DNA from: an uncultured Pelagibacteraceae bacterium
Lineage (GTDB): Bacteria > Pseudomonadota > Alphaproteobacteria > Pelagibacterales > AG-422-B15
Assembly: GCA_902517885.1 (NCBI GenBank)
Contig: CABYDZ010000002.1
Span: 71,805-135,804 of the forward strand
DNA: 64,000 bases
Direction of reading: 5' to 3'
Shown here: piece by piece, positions 1-11,642 of the stretch
How the letters are laid out: each line of letters opens with the position of its first letter
Numbering within the stretch: the first letter of the stretch is position 1
Program-made: the position numbers and the translations under genes
The notes under the pieces: generated by a model
Told to the model about the DNA's origin: nothing
Databases searched by the model: none
The model's input: only the letters and a program-made list of their open reading frames with translations

Positions 1-130
1 CTGCAGTGAGTAAGTAGTTTGAATTTGAGGTTCCACCTTTGATACCACTAAACTCATTTATATTATCAATGTTATATTTGCTCAAAAAAACATTGAGTTC
101 ATCAATTGATATTTGTGTATATACAGCCAT
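1..130 (-). CDS. thrB: homoserine kinase, N-terminal fragment (gene continues beyond window start)
   Basis: A reverse-strand ATG at 130-128 opens a frame that runs to position 1. It reads MAVYTQISIDELNVFLSKYNIDNINEFSGIKGGTSNSNYLLTA, which fits the N-terminal pattern of alphaproteobacterial APH-fold homoserine kinases. It is too short (<60 aa) for the ORF track. Confidence 0.6.
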   Translation of the reverse strand, partial: MAVYTQISIDELNVFLSKYNIDNINEFSGIKGGTSNSNYLLTA

Positions 131-172
131 TAACTATATTTATAGCTCAGAATAAGTTAATTAAGTAATGAT

Positions 173-667
173 TTATGTCTTGAGTTTATTTATCTGGCTT
201 ATTGATTGCTCAACCAATTTTTTTGAGCTCTGTTCATTAATATTTTCAATGATAATTTTTTCAGCAATATTGACCGAATTCGCTACTATCTCCTCATTTA
301 CTTTCGAAATCGCTACTTTTTCTGCTCTTGATATTTTATCGATTGCTTGCTGCTCAGCTCTTTTTATAAATTCTTCTGCTTTAGCTTTAGAAGTTTCCTC
401 ATGATTCTTTGCAATTTCTTTAGCCTGATTAATGATGTTGTTTGCTTCTTCATCTGCTGACTGAACTTTTCTTTCGTATTCAGCAACGAGAGAATTCGCT
501 TCTTCCTTTAGTTTTCTTGCATTATCTAATTCAGATTTAATATTTTCAATTTCACCATCAAGAAGCTTTGCTATCATTGACGGCGCTTTTATGAAAAGTG
601 CGACTGCTATAAAAATTAGAAACGCTACAAATACCCAAAACGAAGGATCAGAAAATAAATATGACAT
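173..667 (-). CDS. atpF: F0F1 ATP synthase subunit b
   Basis: It has one N-terminal TM helix (FWVFVAFLIFIAVALFI) followed by a long charged coiled coil. It is the last gene of the atpI-B-E-F'-F order. Confidence 0.9.
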   Translation of the reverse strand: MSYLFSDPSFWVFVAFLIFIAVALFIKAPSMIAKLLDGEIENIKSELDNARKLKEEANSLVAEYERKVQSADEEANNIINQAKEIAKNHEETSKAKAEEFIKRAEQQAIDKISRAEKVAISKVNEEIVANSVNIAEKIIIENINEQSSKKLVEQSISQINKLKT

Positions 668-685
668 TAGTTATAAATTTCCATA

Positions 686-1234
686 TCAATTAAGCTTTTT
701 TGAGATTTCATCATCACTAGGAACAGTCTCAACATACTTAGAAACGATAGATTTAATAGTGTCTATAGTAGCTTTTTTAATTTCCTGTTCAGACTGTTGT
801 TTTTGTTGATGAATTTTCTTTTCAGACTCTGTAATCATTGCATTAATCTTGATTTCATTATCTTTTTTTAATTTATCTAAGTATTCATTCATAGTGGCTT
901 TTGAACTTGAGACTATTTCATTTGACTCAAGAGATGCAGAATTCATTTTATCATCATAATTTTCTAAAATTTTACTTGCTTCAGAATTAAGATTTTCAGC
1001 ATCGTTAATATCATTAGAAATTTTATCTTTTCTTTCTTCTATTGTTGTGCTCAGCCTTGGGATCACAAATTTCCACATGAATAAATACAAAGCTGTAAAA
1101 GTAACTATCAGCCAGAATAATTGTGATGGGAAAGTTGAAATATCCATTTGCGGAAGGCCAGCAGATTTCTGACCTTCAGCATAAGCTTCAGATAAGGGCA
1201 AAACAAAAATAAAAATTTTAAGAAAAAATTTCAT
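686..1234 (-). CDS. atpF2: F0F1 ATP synthase subunit b'
   Basis: The PQMDISTFPSQLFWLIVTFTALYLF segment is typical of alphaproteobacterial b' and is followed by a coiled coil. It lies between atpE and atpF. Confidence 0.88.
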   Translation of the reverse strand: MKFFLKIFIFVLPLSEAYAEGQKSAGLPQMDISTFPSQLFWLIVTFTALYLFMWKFVIPRLSTTIEERKDKISNDINDAENLNSEASKILENYDDKMNSASLESNEIVSSSKATMNEYLDKLKKDNEIKINAMITESEKKIHQQKQQSEQEIKKATIDTIKSIVSKYVETVPSDDEISKKLN

Positions 1235-1240
1235 TATGTT

Positions 1241-1495
<255 letters not shown>

Positions 1496-2236
1496 TTAAT
1501 GATCCGGATGAAGGGCATCATTTAAATAGATACAAGTTAAAATAGTAAATATGTATGCTTGAAGAGCTGCAATTAATGTTTCAAGTGCATATAAAACTAC
1601 AAGAAAAATTAATGGAGCAAAGCCAAGAAAGCCAAGCATCACGATAAATCCTGCAAAGATTTTTAATATACTGTGACCCGCAAGCATGTTTGCGCACAAT
1701 CTTACGGATAAACTGATTGGCTTAGATAAATAAGATATGATTTCTATTGGAACAATTAAAGGTGCTAGAAATATTGGAATACCTGATGGATAGAATATTC
1801 TAAGATAACCAAGGCCGTTCTTCATGAAACCAATTATGGTTACCGCTAGAAAAATTAAACCAGCAAATGCAAAGGTAACAATAAGATGACTTGTTACTGT
1901 GAATGTATAAGGGATAAGGCCTATAAAATTACAAAAGAAAATAAACATAAACAAAGAAAAAATAAATGGGAAATAAGCTCTCCCTTGATCTCCGACCTGA
2001 TCACGCAACATGTTGGCGATAAAATTGTATGATAACTCGGATAGCATTTGCATTCTATTTGGAATGATGGAGCGTTTTGATAAGCCTAATATAAAAAGAG
2101 TCATCGTGGCTGCTATCGCGAAGACCATGAATAGAGATGAATTGGTAAATGAAATATCTATGCCTGCTATTTGCATCTCAGCAATTTTAGAGATTTCAAA
2201 CTGATGTATTGGATCTATAGGATTATCTGCAGCCAT
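1496..2236 (-). CDS. atpB: F0F1 ATP synthase subunit a
   Basis: The protein is polytopic and carries the conserved SLSVRLCANMLAGH motif with the essential Arg. Confidence 0.95.
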   Translation of the reverse strand: MAADNPIDPIHQFEISKIAEMQIAGIDISFTNSSLFMVFAIAATMTLFILGLSKRSIIPNRMQMLSELSYNFIANMLRDQVGDQGRAYFPFIFSLFMFIFFCNFIGLIPYTFTVTSHLIVTFAFAGLIFLAVTIIGFMKNGLGYLRIFYPSGIPIFLAPLIVPIEIISYLSKPISLSVRLCANMLAGHSILKIFAGFIVMLGFLGFAPLIFLVVLYALETLIAALQAYIFTILTCIYLNDALHPDH

Positions 2237-2247
2237 TGAGTTATTTT

Positions 2248-2529
2248 TTAGTTATTTTGAAGGCTTTTTGCAACCCTAAAAACATTAAGAATTCCCGCGG
2301 CGCTCCCCAACAGGAAGAAGATAATTATAAATAAGGGTCGCGTCTCAAAATAATTGTCTGCCAAGATCCCTATGCCAAGGCCAACGGCCATTGCTGCGAC
2401 AATTTCTACCACCACTTTCATGATTTTTCCTATGGGTTTAGGAGTATTTGGAGCGTCTGGTGAGGATGACTTTTTGGCTGCTTGAATTTTTTCTTGCAGG
2501 TTACGAATGTCATTCTGATCAGATGACAT
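2248..2529 (-). CDS. atpI: AtpZ/AtpI-family ATP synthase protein I
   Basis: This 93-aa protein has two predicted TM helices and lies directly upstream of atpB, as in alphaproteobacterial F0 operons. Confidence 0.75.
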   Translation of the reverse strand: MSSDQNDIRNLQEKIQAAKKSSSPDAPNTPKPIGKIMKVVVEIVAAMAVGLGIGILADNYFETRPLFIIIFFLLGSAAGILNVFRVAKSLQNN

Positions 2530-5124
2530 TTAAGCAACAGCCCCAATTTCCTCAGCTTTCTTAAGATCTACGGAGACTATTTGACTAACTCCTCGCTCAG
2601 CCATCGTAACACCAAATAGTCTGTCCATTCTAGACATCGTCAGGGCATGGTGTGTTATTATTAAAAACTTAGTATTGGTCTTGTCTGTTATGCTGTCTAA
2701 CAGGCCACAGAATCTTTCTACGTTAGCGTCATCCAGTGGTGCATCGACCTCATCAAGTACACATATCGGTGATGGGTTGGTAAGAAAAACAGCAAATATT
2801 AATGATAGTGCAGTAAGAGCTTGCTCTCCGCCTGAAAGAAGAGACATCGATTGCAATTTTTTACCTGGCGGACTGACCATCATTTCTAATCCAGCTTCTA
2901 ACGGATCATCCGAGTCAATAAGTTCAAGATGAGCCTTGCCTCCATTAAATAATTTTACGAATACATCTTTAAAGTGACTATTTACAGTATCGAAAGCTTT
3001 CAATAACCTTGTTCTACCTTCTTTATTTAAATCTTCAATTGAGACTCTCATTTTTTTAATTGCACTTTCGAGATCTTCTTTTTCTTTTGTCATGTTCTCT
3101 AATTCATCATCGATTTCTTTTGTTTCTAAATCAGCTCTTAAATTTACTGCGCCCATTGTTTCACGTTGTTGCTTTAATCTGTCCAATCTCATTTCGGTTC
3201 TATCTGCATTTTTTTTCATCGTGTCTAGATCCTCAGCAATATTTAAAACACTTACGATGTCATGCGGTACACAATTAAACTTTTCTTTTGACTCATCTTC
3301 TAGCTCTTTCAATCTGGATTCTGCTAATTCTTTTGTTGCCTCTGTTCTTCCTTTTGACTCTCTAATATTAGCTAGATCATTTTGTGCTTTTCGAAGTTTG
3401 GCCTCAATTTTTTTGAGCTCATTATCTGCTTCAGCAAGTCTATCGGCAGCAAACTGCCTTTCTGTTTCTGCAAACCCTTTTGTCTCAATCAATTGCCCTC
3501 TTCGTTGAGCAATTTCTTCGGGCCTATTTGAAATTTTTTTCAATTCTTCTTCAGATTTTGTTTTTCTGGCTGCTAATTTTTCTATCTGCTCTTTGGACGA
3601 TCTAATTGTTTTACTTAATTTTTGATATTCGTAGGTCCAATCACTTTGCTTTTGTTCAACATCTTTTTGTCTGAGTTGTTCTCTCAGTTCCAATGACAAG
3701 GTTGCAGCTTTTTTAGCCTCATTACTCGACCTATCGTAGACATTTCTTGCTTCTTGAGATGCCTGATTTGCGCCTATTACCTTTTCGGTTATCTCTTTTA
3801 AGTGGAAGTAGAATTTCTCCTTAAACTTAGATGTCCAATTATCTGGATCATCATAGCCTTCAACCTCTTTAAGAGTTGACTCTCGTGATTTTAAGTTTTC
3901 TGAAGTCATGAGTGTATCTTGCCATTCATCTCTTTTAGAATTTTTTATTTGATTGTACTGCTCTATCTCTTGATCGAGATCTAGAATTTTTGCTTCTAAT
4001 TTTTCTTTTTCTACTTTTAGCTGATCTATTGTTTCGTTGCTTATTTCATCTGTATTTTGACCATTATCTTCTGTATCCCTTCTAGATTTTAATGCCTCAA
4101 GATCTTTGATTGCATCCTCAAGCTGAAATTGCTCTCTTTCATTGTCACTAATTATTTGTTGTATCGAATTTTCGAGGTTTCTCTTTTCATCTTTTATTCT
4201 TTCCTCTTCTTGATCAAGAGTGTCTCTCTCAAGAATAATTCGATTAAGCTTAGCAGCGGCTTCAATCTCTTTTTCTCTTAGAGGCTTTATCTTCTCATTA
4301 GATTTTAGTTGCTCGTTAGTTGCTTGGGTAACCTCTAGAGTAAATTTTTGAATTTGTGATTCACTTGTTTTCAAATCCTCATCAGACTTTTCGAAAGACT
4401 CCTTTAATGAGGTCCATTTTAAAAACAGCACTATGCCCTCTAATTTACTGATTTCAGAAGAGATGGATCGGTAAGTTTCAGCTTGTTCTGCTTGTTTTTT
4501 TAGATTGTTTATTTGAGTATTCAGTTGTTTCATCAAGTCTTTAACTCGCTGGAGATTATTTTCAGCACCTTTGAGTTTTAGTTCTGCCTCATGTCTTCTT
4601 GAGTGAAGGCCAGAAATCCCAGCTGCTTCTTCCAATACTGACCTTCTGTCTATTGGTTTTGCATTTATTAGAGCCCCAACTCGTCCTTGGCTAATAAGAG
4701 AAGGTGAGTGAGCTCCGGTAGAAAGGTCGGCAAACAGCCTCTGCACGTCTCTTGCTCTAACATCTTTGCCGTTAATTTTGTAATCAGAACCTCTTTCTAC
4801 CTCAATTTTTCTTTTTACCTGAATTTCTGTTTGATCATTAAATTCTGATGGTGCCTTTCTATCTTCATTATCTAAATAAATTGTGACTTCAGCATTATTT
4901 CTTGATGGTCTATCTGCAGTGCCTGAGAAAATCACATCTTCCATTCCCGAGCCCCTCATACTTTTTGCTGATGTTTCTCCCATACACCATCTTAACGATT
5001 CAACTACATTAGATTTACCGCATCCATTAGGGCCTACAATTCCAGTAAGACCTTGTTCAATATTTAACTCAGTTGGGTCAACAAAAGATTTAAAGCCTAA
5101 GATTTTGATTTTTTTAAATTTCAT
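2530..5124 (-). CDS. smc: SMC-family chromosome condensation ATPase (short form, no recognisable hinge)
   Basis: It has Walker A GPNGCGKSN, the signature motif LSGGEQAL and Walker B VLDEVDAPLD. About 530 aa of heptad-rich coiled coil lies between the head halves. Confidence 0.9.
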   Translation of the reverse strand: MKFKKIKILGFKSFVDPTELNIEQGLTGIVGPNGCGKSNVVESLRWCMGETSAKSMRGSGMEDVIFSGTADRPSRNNAEVTIYLDNEDRKAPSEFNDQTEIQVKRKIEVERGSDYKINGKDVRARDVQRLFADLSTGAHSPSLISQGRVGALINAKPIDRRSVLEEAAGISGLHSRRHEAELKLKGAENNLQRVKDLMKQLNTQINNLKKQAEQAETYRSISSEISKLEGIVLFLKWTSLKESFEKSDEDLKTSESQIQKFTLEVTQATNEQLKSNEKIKPLREKEIEAAAKLNRIILERDTLDQEEERIKDEKRNLENSIQQIISDNEREQFQLEDAIKDLEALKSRRDTEDNGQNTDEISNETIDQLKVEKEKLEAKILDLDQEIEQYNQIKNSKRDEWQDTLMTSENLKSRESTLKEVEGYDDPDNWTSKFKEKFYFHLKEITEKVIGANQASQEARNVYDRSSNEAKKAATLSLELREQLRQKDVEQKQSDWTYEYQKLSKTIRSSKEQIEKLAARKTKSEEELKKISNRPEEIAQRRGQLIETKGFAETERQFAADRLAEADNELKKIEAKLRKAQNDLANIRESKGRTEATKELAESRLKELEDESKEKFNCVPHDIVSVLNIAEDLDTMKKNADRTEMRLDRLKQQRETMGAVNLRADLETKEIDDELENMTKEKEDLESAIKKMRVSIEDLNKEGRTRLLKAFDTVNSHFKDVFVKLFNGGKAHLELIDSDDPLEAGLEMMVSPPGKKLQSMSLLSGGEQALTALSLIFAVFLTNPSPICVLDEVDAPLDDANVERFCGLLDSITDKTNTKFLIITHHALTMSRMDRLFGVTMAERGVSQIVSVDLKKAEEIGAVA

Positions 5125-5771
5125 TAATTAATTTTTTTCTCAATTATCTTTTCAAATTCTGAAAAAGACATATTTCCCCGATAGAGGTCTCCATCTATGA
5201 TAAAAGATGGGGTAGAGGAAACATCATAATCCTCAACGGCTTCTATTCTCATTGTCAAAATAAAATCTGTTATTTCTTCATTTTCCATACAGGAATTGAA
5301 TTCGTCCTCAGAAATGCTGAATAATGTAGAATATGTTCTTAATGCATTTGTGCTATTTTCTAATACTCGGTCACTTTGTTTTGTAACAATCCACTTTTTT
5401 TGATCCTGAAATAAAAGTTTTTCCATAGCAAAAAAATCTTTTTCGTCTGTGCAGTGTAGTAGTTTAAAAGCATTTAAATCAATTGCATTCAACGCAAAGG
5501 GTCTGACCTCAAATTTAATTTTTCCCGTATCAATATATTTCTCTTTAATTTCCGGAAAAATATTATTGCTGAAATCTGCACAGTAACTACAAGTTAAAGA
5601 ACGGTACTCAACAATAGTCAATGGAGCAGCATCATCTCCAAGCTGCATTCCTGTTAATGTGTTACTTATGGCTAGCGATTGATAAGACACCAAGAGTGAC
5701 ACAAGAAAGATAGAGAATTTATGAATACTTTTCATTTTAATAACTATATATAGCCTACATTTTGTATACAA
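5124..5771 (-). CDS. DsbA-family thiol:disulfide oxidoreductase (periplasmic)
   Basis: It has a thioredoxin-fold CxxC (LTCSYCADF) after a signal peptide. The more likely start is MKSIHKF at 5735. Confidence 0.8.
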   Translation of the reverse strand: MYTKCRLYIVIKMKSIHKFSIFLVSLLVSYQSLAISNTLTGMQLGDDAAPLTIVEYRSLTCSYCADFSNNIFPEIKEKYIDTGKIKFEVRPFALNAIDLNAFKLLHCTDEKDFFAMEKLLFQDQKKWIVTKQSDRVLENSTNALRTYSTLFSISEDEFNSCMENEEITDFILTMRIEAVEDYDVSSTPSFIIDGDLYRGNMSFSEFEKIIEKKIN

Positions 5772-5863
5772 TGCCTAAAACAATGCACAACATGTTGAAT
5801 ATACTCAATTTTTACCAATTTTAATAGGTTTTATTGTACAATTCATAATACAAAAAGAATTTG

Positions 5864-6359
5864 TCAAAATTTCGTCTTAGAAATTTTTGATGCAATTTTT
5901 TCAAAGCTTTTTTTTAGTTCTGGAAAATCTGATAGCTCTTCATATGTCTTATTTTTCTCTTTAATTTCACTATCTAATTGATTGAAATTAATATCTTTTC
6001 TGGATTTTTTATTTTTTAAATTGATTTGAATTATTTCAATCTTCTCAACCGCATAGTAGCCAAAAAATAAATTTATTTTATCTACAATTTTTTTATGCTC
6101 ATGTTCAAAAGCAAAAGATATGCTTCTATCGACTTTAACCACAAGTTTGCCCTTTCCTTTAGGGCTCGAGTTCGATGTTTTGATTTTAGTTGGGTAGGAC
6201 AATTTATTAAAACTTGTGCCAACAATTTTCTCCCAATTTGAAAGTAGTTCTAGTTCAAAAAATCCTCTGTTTTTTAATAATTTCTTTGCGTCATTTGGTA
6301 GAAGATTTGATAGAATTTGAGGTCCACTAAGTTTTTTATAAGACATATTAGAAATTAGC

Positions 6360-6361
<2 letters not shown>
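5864..6361 (-). CDS. DUF721 (DciA-like) domain protein
   Basis: It shows the pattern W..IVG...P..i......L.V.V......E.......I..IN.FFGY..V..I that is characteristic of DUF721. It lies divergent from mutY, as in other Alphaproteobacteria. An alternative start is at 6346. Confidence 0.7.
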
Positions 6362-8561
<2,200 letters not shown>

Positions 8562-8580
8562 AATAACTTAAATAATCTTC

Positions 8581-9186
8581 TTAATTCAATATATTGTGTA
8601 CTGGTTTAAAAGATTTCCGATGTATTGGGGTAATTCCATAGTTTTTTAGAGCTGAAAGGTGCTCTTTTGTTCCATAACCTGAATTGGTTTGAAAGCCATA
8701 TTCTGGAAATTGCTTTGAATATTTAAGCATAATTTCGTCTCTATAAACTTTAGCAAGAATAGATGCTGCTGCAATTGAAACAGACTTAGTATCTCCTTTA
8801 ATAATACTAATGGTGTTATTTTTTATATCTGGTTTGAAATTACCATCGATAAGTGTTGTTTTCGGAACGACTGATAGTCCATCACTTGCTCTTTTCATTG
8901 CTAATAATGAAGCTTGTAAGATATTGATCTTATCTATTTCTATCTCGGATGCGGCTCCATAGGCATAAATACTATTCTCTTTTATCTTTTCCGCTAACAA
9001 TATTCTCTTAGCTTTAGGAATTTTTTTAGAGTCATTAATTTCTTCTGGAATATTTTTTCTATCAAGTATTACGGCTGCCGCAATTACTGGACCAGCAAGT
9101 GGACCTCTACCAACTTCATCAATACCAGCAATGGGCAAGGAAAAGTTATTTTCAAAAGCAATTAATTTCTGAGGGTCAAATTTCAA
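8581..9186 (-). CDS. rnhB: ribonuclease HII
   Basis: It has the GIDEVGRGPLAGPV active-site motif and is 201 aa long. Confidence 0.95.
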   Translation of the reverse strand: MKFDPQKLIAFENNFSLPIAGIDEVGRGPLAGPVIAAAVILDRKNIPEEINDSKKIPKAKRILLAEKIKENSIYAYGAASEIEIDKINILQASLLAMKRASDGLSVVPKTTLIDGNFKPDIKNNTISIIKGDTKSVSIAAASILAKVYRDEIMLKYSKQFPEYGFQTNSGYGTKEHLSALKNYGITPIHRKSFKPVHNILN

Positions 9187-9187
9187 T

Positions 9188-9943
9188 TTATATTTTTACT
9201 TTTTTCTTTAAACTTTTTAAATCTTCCCAAGAAAACTTTTTTTGAGCCGGCTGTCTTAATAAGAAAGCTGGGTGGAATGTAGGTAGTATCGGATACTTTT
9301 TTTTATTAATTTCTATATCTAACCACTTTCCTCTAATCTTGGTAATCCCCTCATTATTTTTAATTAATGCATAAGTAGCAGTGCTTCCTAATAACAAAAT
9401 TGCTTTTGGATTTACTATTTCAATATGCTTTTTTATCATTGGTAAACATATCTCAATCTCTTCGTCTGTTGGCCTTCTGTTATTTGGCGGTCTCCACGGA
9501 ACAATATTCGCAATGTAAACTTTTTCTCGATTTAGATCGATGGCCTCTAGCATTTTATCCAACAGCTTGCCACTTCTTCCTACAAAGGGCTTTCCTTGAA
9601 TATCCTCATCATGACCTGGAGCCTCACCTATAAGCATGATTTTTGCACTTGGGTTTCCATCTGAAAAGACTATATTTGTTGCGCTTTTATGAAGTTCACA
9701 GCCTTTAAAATTTGACATGTATTCTTTTAATGATTCTAGACTATCAATATTGAGAATATCTTTTTCCATTTCATGCTGAGGAAAGTCTGTTTCTTCTTTT
9801 GACTGGAGCTTATCAGGCGATTTTATTGTTCCTTTTCCATACCTATTTTTTGCCATATTTCCTATATTTTCATCAACCCCGCTTAATTTATATTGATTTA
9901 GTAGTTTTATAGTATTTTGAATATCTAACTTCGTCATAAACAA
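9188..9943 (-). CDS. family 4 uracil-DNA glycosylase
   Basis: It has the GEAPGHDEDIQGKPFVGRSG motif and the C-terminal HPAFLLR motif. The N-terminal extension is as seen in alphaproteobacterial homologues. Confidence 0.88.
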   Translation of the reverse strand: MFMTKLDIQNTIKLLNQYKLSGVDENIGNMAKNRYGKGTIKSPDKLQSKEETDFPQHEMEKDILNIDSLESLKEYMSNFKGCELHKSATNIVFSDGNPSAKIMLIGEAPGHDEDIQGKPFVGRSGKLLDKMLEAIDLNREKVYIANIVPWRPPNNRRPTDEEIEICLPMIKKHIEIVNPKAILLLGSTATYALIKNNEGITKIRGKWLDIEINKKKYPILPTFHPAFLLRQPAQKKFSWEDLKSLKKKVKI

Positions 9944-9983
9944 ATTGAATTATAATGCTTATAAACTAAATATATAGTTAATA

Positions 9984-11630
9984 ATGGAGACTGATAATCA
10001 AAGAGAAGCGATGGAGTACGACGTAGTTATCGTCGGAGCGGGACCCTCGGGTCTAGCAACTGCTATCAAATTAAAGCAAATTAATGCTGATGCAAACGTG
10101 TGCATAGTTGAGAAGGCCTCAGAGGTCGGAGCCCATATTTTGAGTGGAAACGTATTTGAAACCAAAGCACTAGACGAACTATTGCCTGACTGGCAGTCTA
10201 TGGAAGGCTGCCCTCTAAAAACCAAAGTATCAAAAGAGAAATTTTTAGTTCTATCCGAAAAAAGTTATTTCTCTGTTCCGTCATTTTTGTTGCCTCCCGT
10301 TCAACATAACAAAGGCAATTATATAACCAGCCTTGCTAATTTATGTAGATGGCTTGGGCAAGTTGCTGAGGGTATGGGTGTTGAGATATATCCTGGATTT
10401 GCAGCTTCAGAAATTCTTTATGATGAGCAAGGTAAAGTAAGAGGTGTTGCGACAAATGATATGGGTCTTGATATAAATAATGAAAGAAAAGACTCATATG
10501 AACCAGGTATAGAACTGCATGCCAAAGTTACTGTGTTTGCAGAAGGATGCAGAGGTCATCTAGGTAAACAATTAATTAATAAATTTAATTTATCAGAGAA
10601 TTCTGATCCTCAGCAATATGGAATTGGTTTAAAAGAAATATGGGAAGTTCCGGAAGAGAATCACGACGAGGGAATGGTTTTGCATTCAGTTGGATGGCCT
10701 TTAGAAAATGATACTTACGGTGGCAGCTTTGTTTACCATGCAGAAAATAAACAAATTTATTTAGGGTATGTTATTGGCTTAGATTACTCAAACCCATATC
10801 TCTCACCTTTTGAAGAATTTCAAAGATTTAAAACACATCCAGCCATTAAAAAAATGTTATCTGGTGGCAAAAGAATTTCATATGGAGCAAGAGCATTAAT
10901 TGAAGGTGGACTTCAAAGCTTACCAAAAATGTATATGCCAGGTGCGTTACTTATTGGATGTGACGCTGGTACTTTGAACATGCCTAAAATCAAAGGATCG
11001 CATACTGCTATGAAAAGTGGAATTCTAGCCGCAGAAGCTATCAATGAATTTATTTCCGAAAGAGTGTCTGATTTATCAGTTTATGAGGAAAAATTTAATA
11101 ACAGCTGGCTTTATAAAGAACTTCATGCAGCACGGAACGTGAAGCCTTTCTTTACTAGATTTGGAACATTGTTAGGCGTCATGTTAGCAGGTATTGATCA
11201 ATGGTTGTTTTGGGGAAAAATGCCATTCACTTTATCCCACAAGCACGCTGACCATGAAACACTTAGCAAAGCTAAAGACGCAAAAAAAATTGAATATCCT
11301 AAGCCTGACGGGGTACTAACCTTTGATAGGTCAAGCTCGGTTTATTTGACGGGCACATACCATACAGAAAATCAACCTGTTCACCTTCAACTAAAAGATA
11401 GTGAATTACCGATAAGTTATACACTGAACGAATACGACGAACCTTCACAAAGATATTGTCCTGTAGGAGTTTACGAAGTCCATCAAGAAAATGAAAGTGA
11501 AACACCTAGATTTGTGATCAATAGTCAAAATTGTATTCACTGCAAAACGTGTGACATCAAAGAGCCATCGCAAAACATCAATTGGGTGACACCTGAAGGT
11601 GGAGGTGGGCCAAAGTATGCAAATATGTAA
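9984..11630 (+). CDS. electron transfer flavoprotein-ubiquinone oxidoreductase
   Basis: It has an FAD fingerprint (VVIVGAGPSGLATA) and a C-terminal 4Fe-4S motif (CIHCKTCDIK). The 548-aa length is typical of ETF-QO. Confidence 0.92.
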   Translation: METDNQREAMEYDVVIVGAGPSGLATAIKLKQINADANVCIVEKASEVGAHILSGNVFETKALDELLPDWQSMEGCPLKTKVSKEKFLVLSEKSYFSVPSFLLPPVQHNKGNYITSLANLCRWLGQVAEGMGVEIYPGFAASEILYDEQGKVRGVATNDMGLDINNERKDSYEPGIELHAKVTVFAEGCRGHLGKQLINKFNLSENSDPQQYGIGLKEIWEVPEENHDEGMVLHSVGWPLENDTYGGSFVYHAENKQIYLGYVIGLDYSNPYLSPFEEFQRFKTHPAIKKMLSGGKRISYGARALIEGGLQSLPKMYMPGALLIGCDAGTLNMPKIKGSHTAMKSGILAAEAINEFISERVSDLSVYEEKFNNSWLYKELHAARNVKPFFTRFGTLLGVMLAGIDQWLFWGKMPFTLSHKHADHETLSKAKDAKKIEYPKPDGVLTFDRSSSVYLTGTYHTENQPVHLQLKDSELPISYTLNEYDEPSQRYCPVGVYEVHQENESETPRFVINSQNCIHCKTCDIKEPSQNINWVTPEGGGGPKYANM

Positions 11631-11642
11631 AATTAGACGAGT

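Noticed and set aside
3092-3508. A 138-aa plus-strand ORF, with a neighbouring 72-aa ORF at 3060-3278, inside smc
   Set aside because: It is antisense to the coiled-coil region of smc. The Ser/Phe/Leu-rich, low-complexity translation is what the complement of GAA/AAA/AAG-rich codons produces. It has no start context or recognisable motif.
8568-8584. CtrA-like box (TTAA-N7-TTAA) upstream of ccrM
   Set aside because: The two TTAA motifs are separated by 9 nt, not 7. TTAA is extremely common in this AT-rich DNA.
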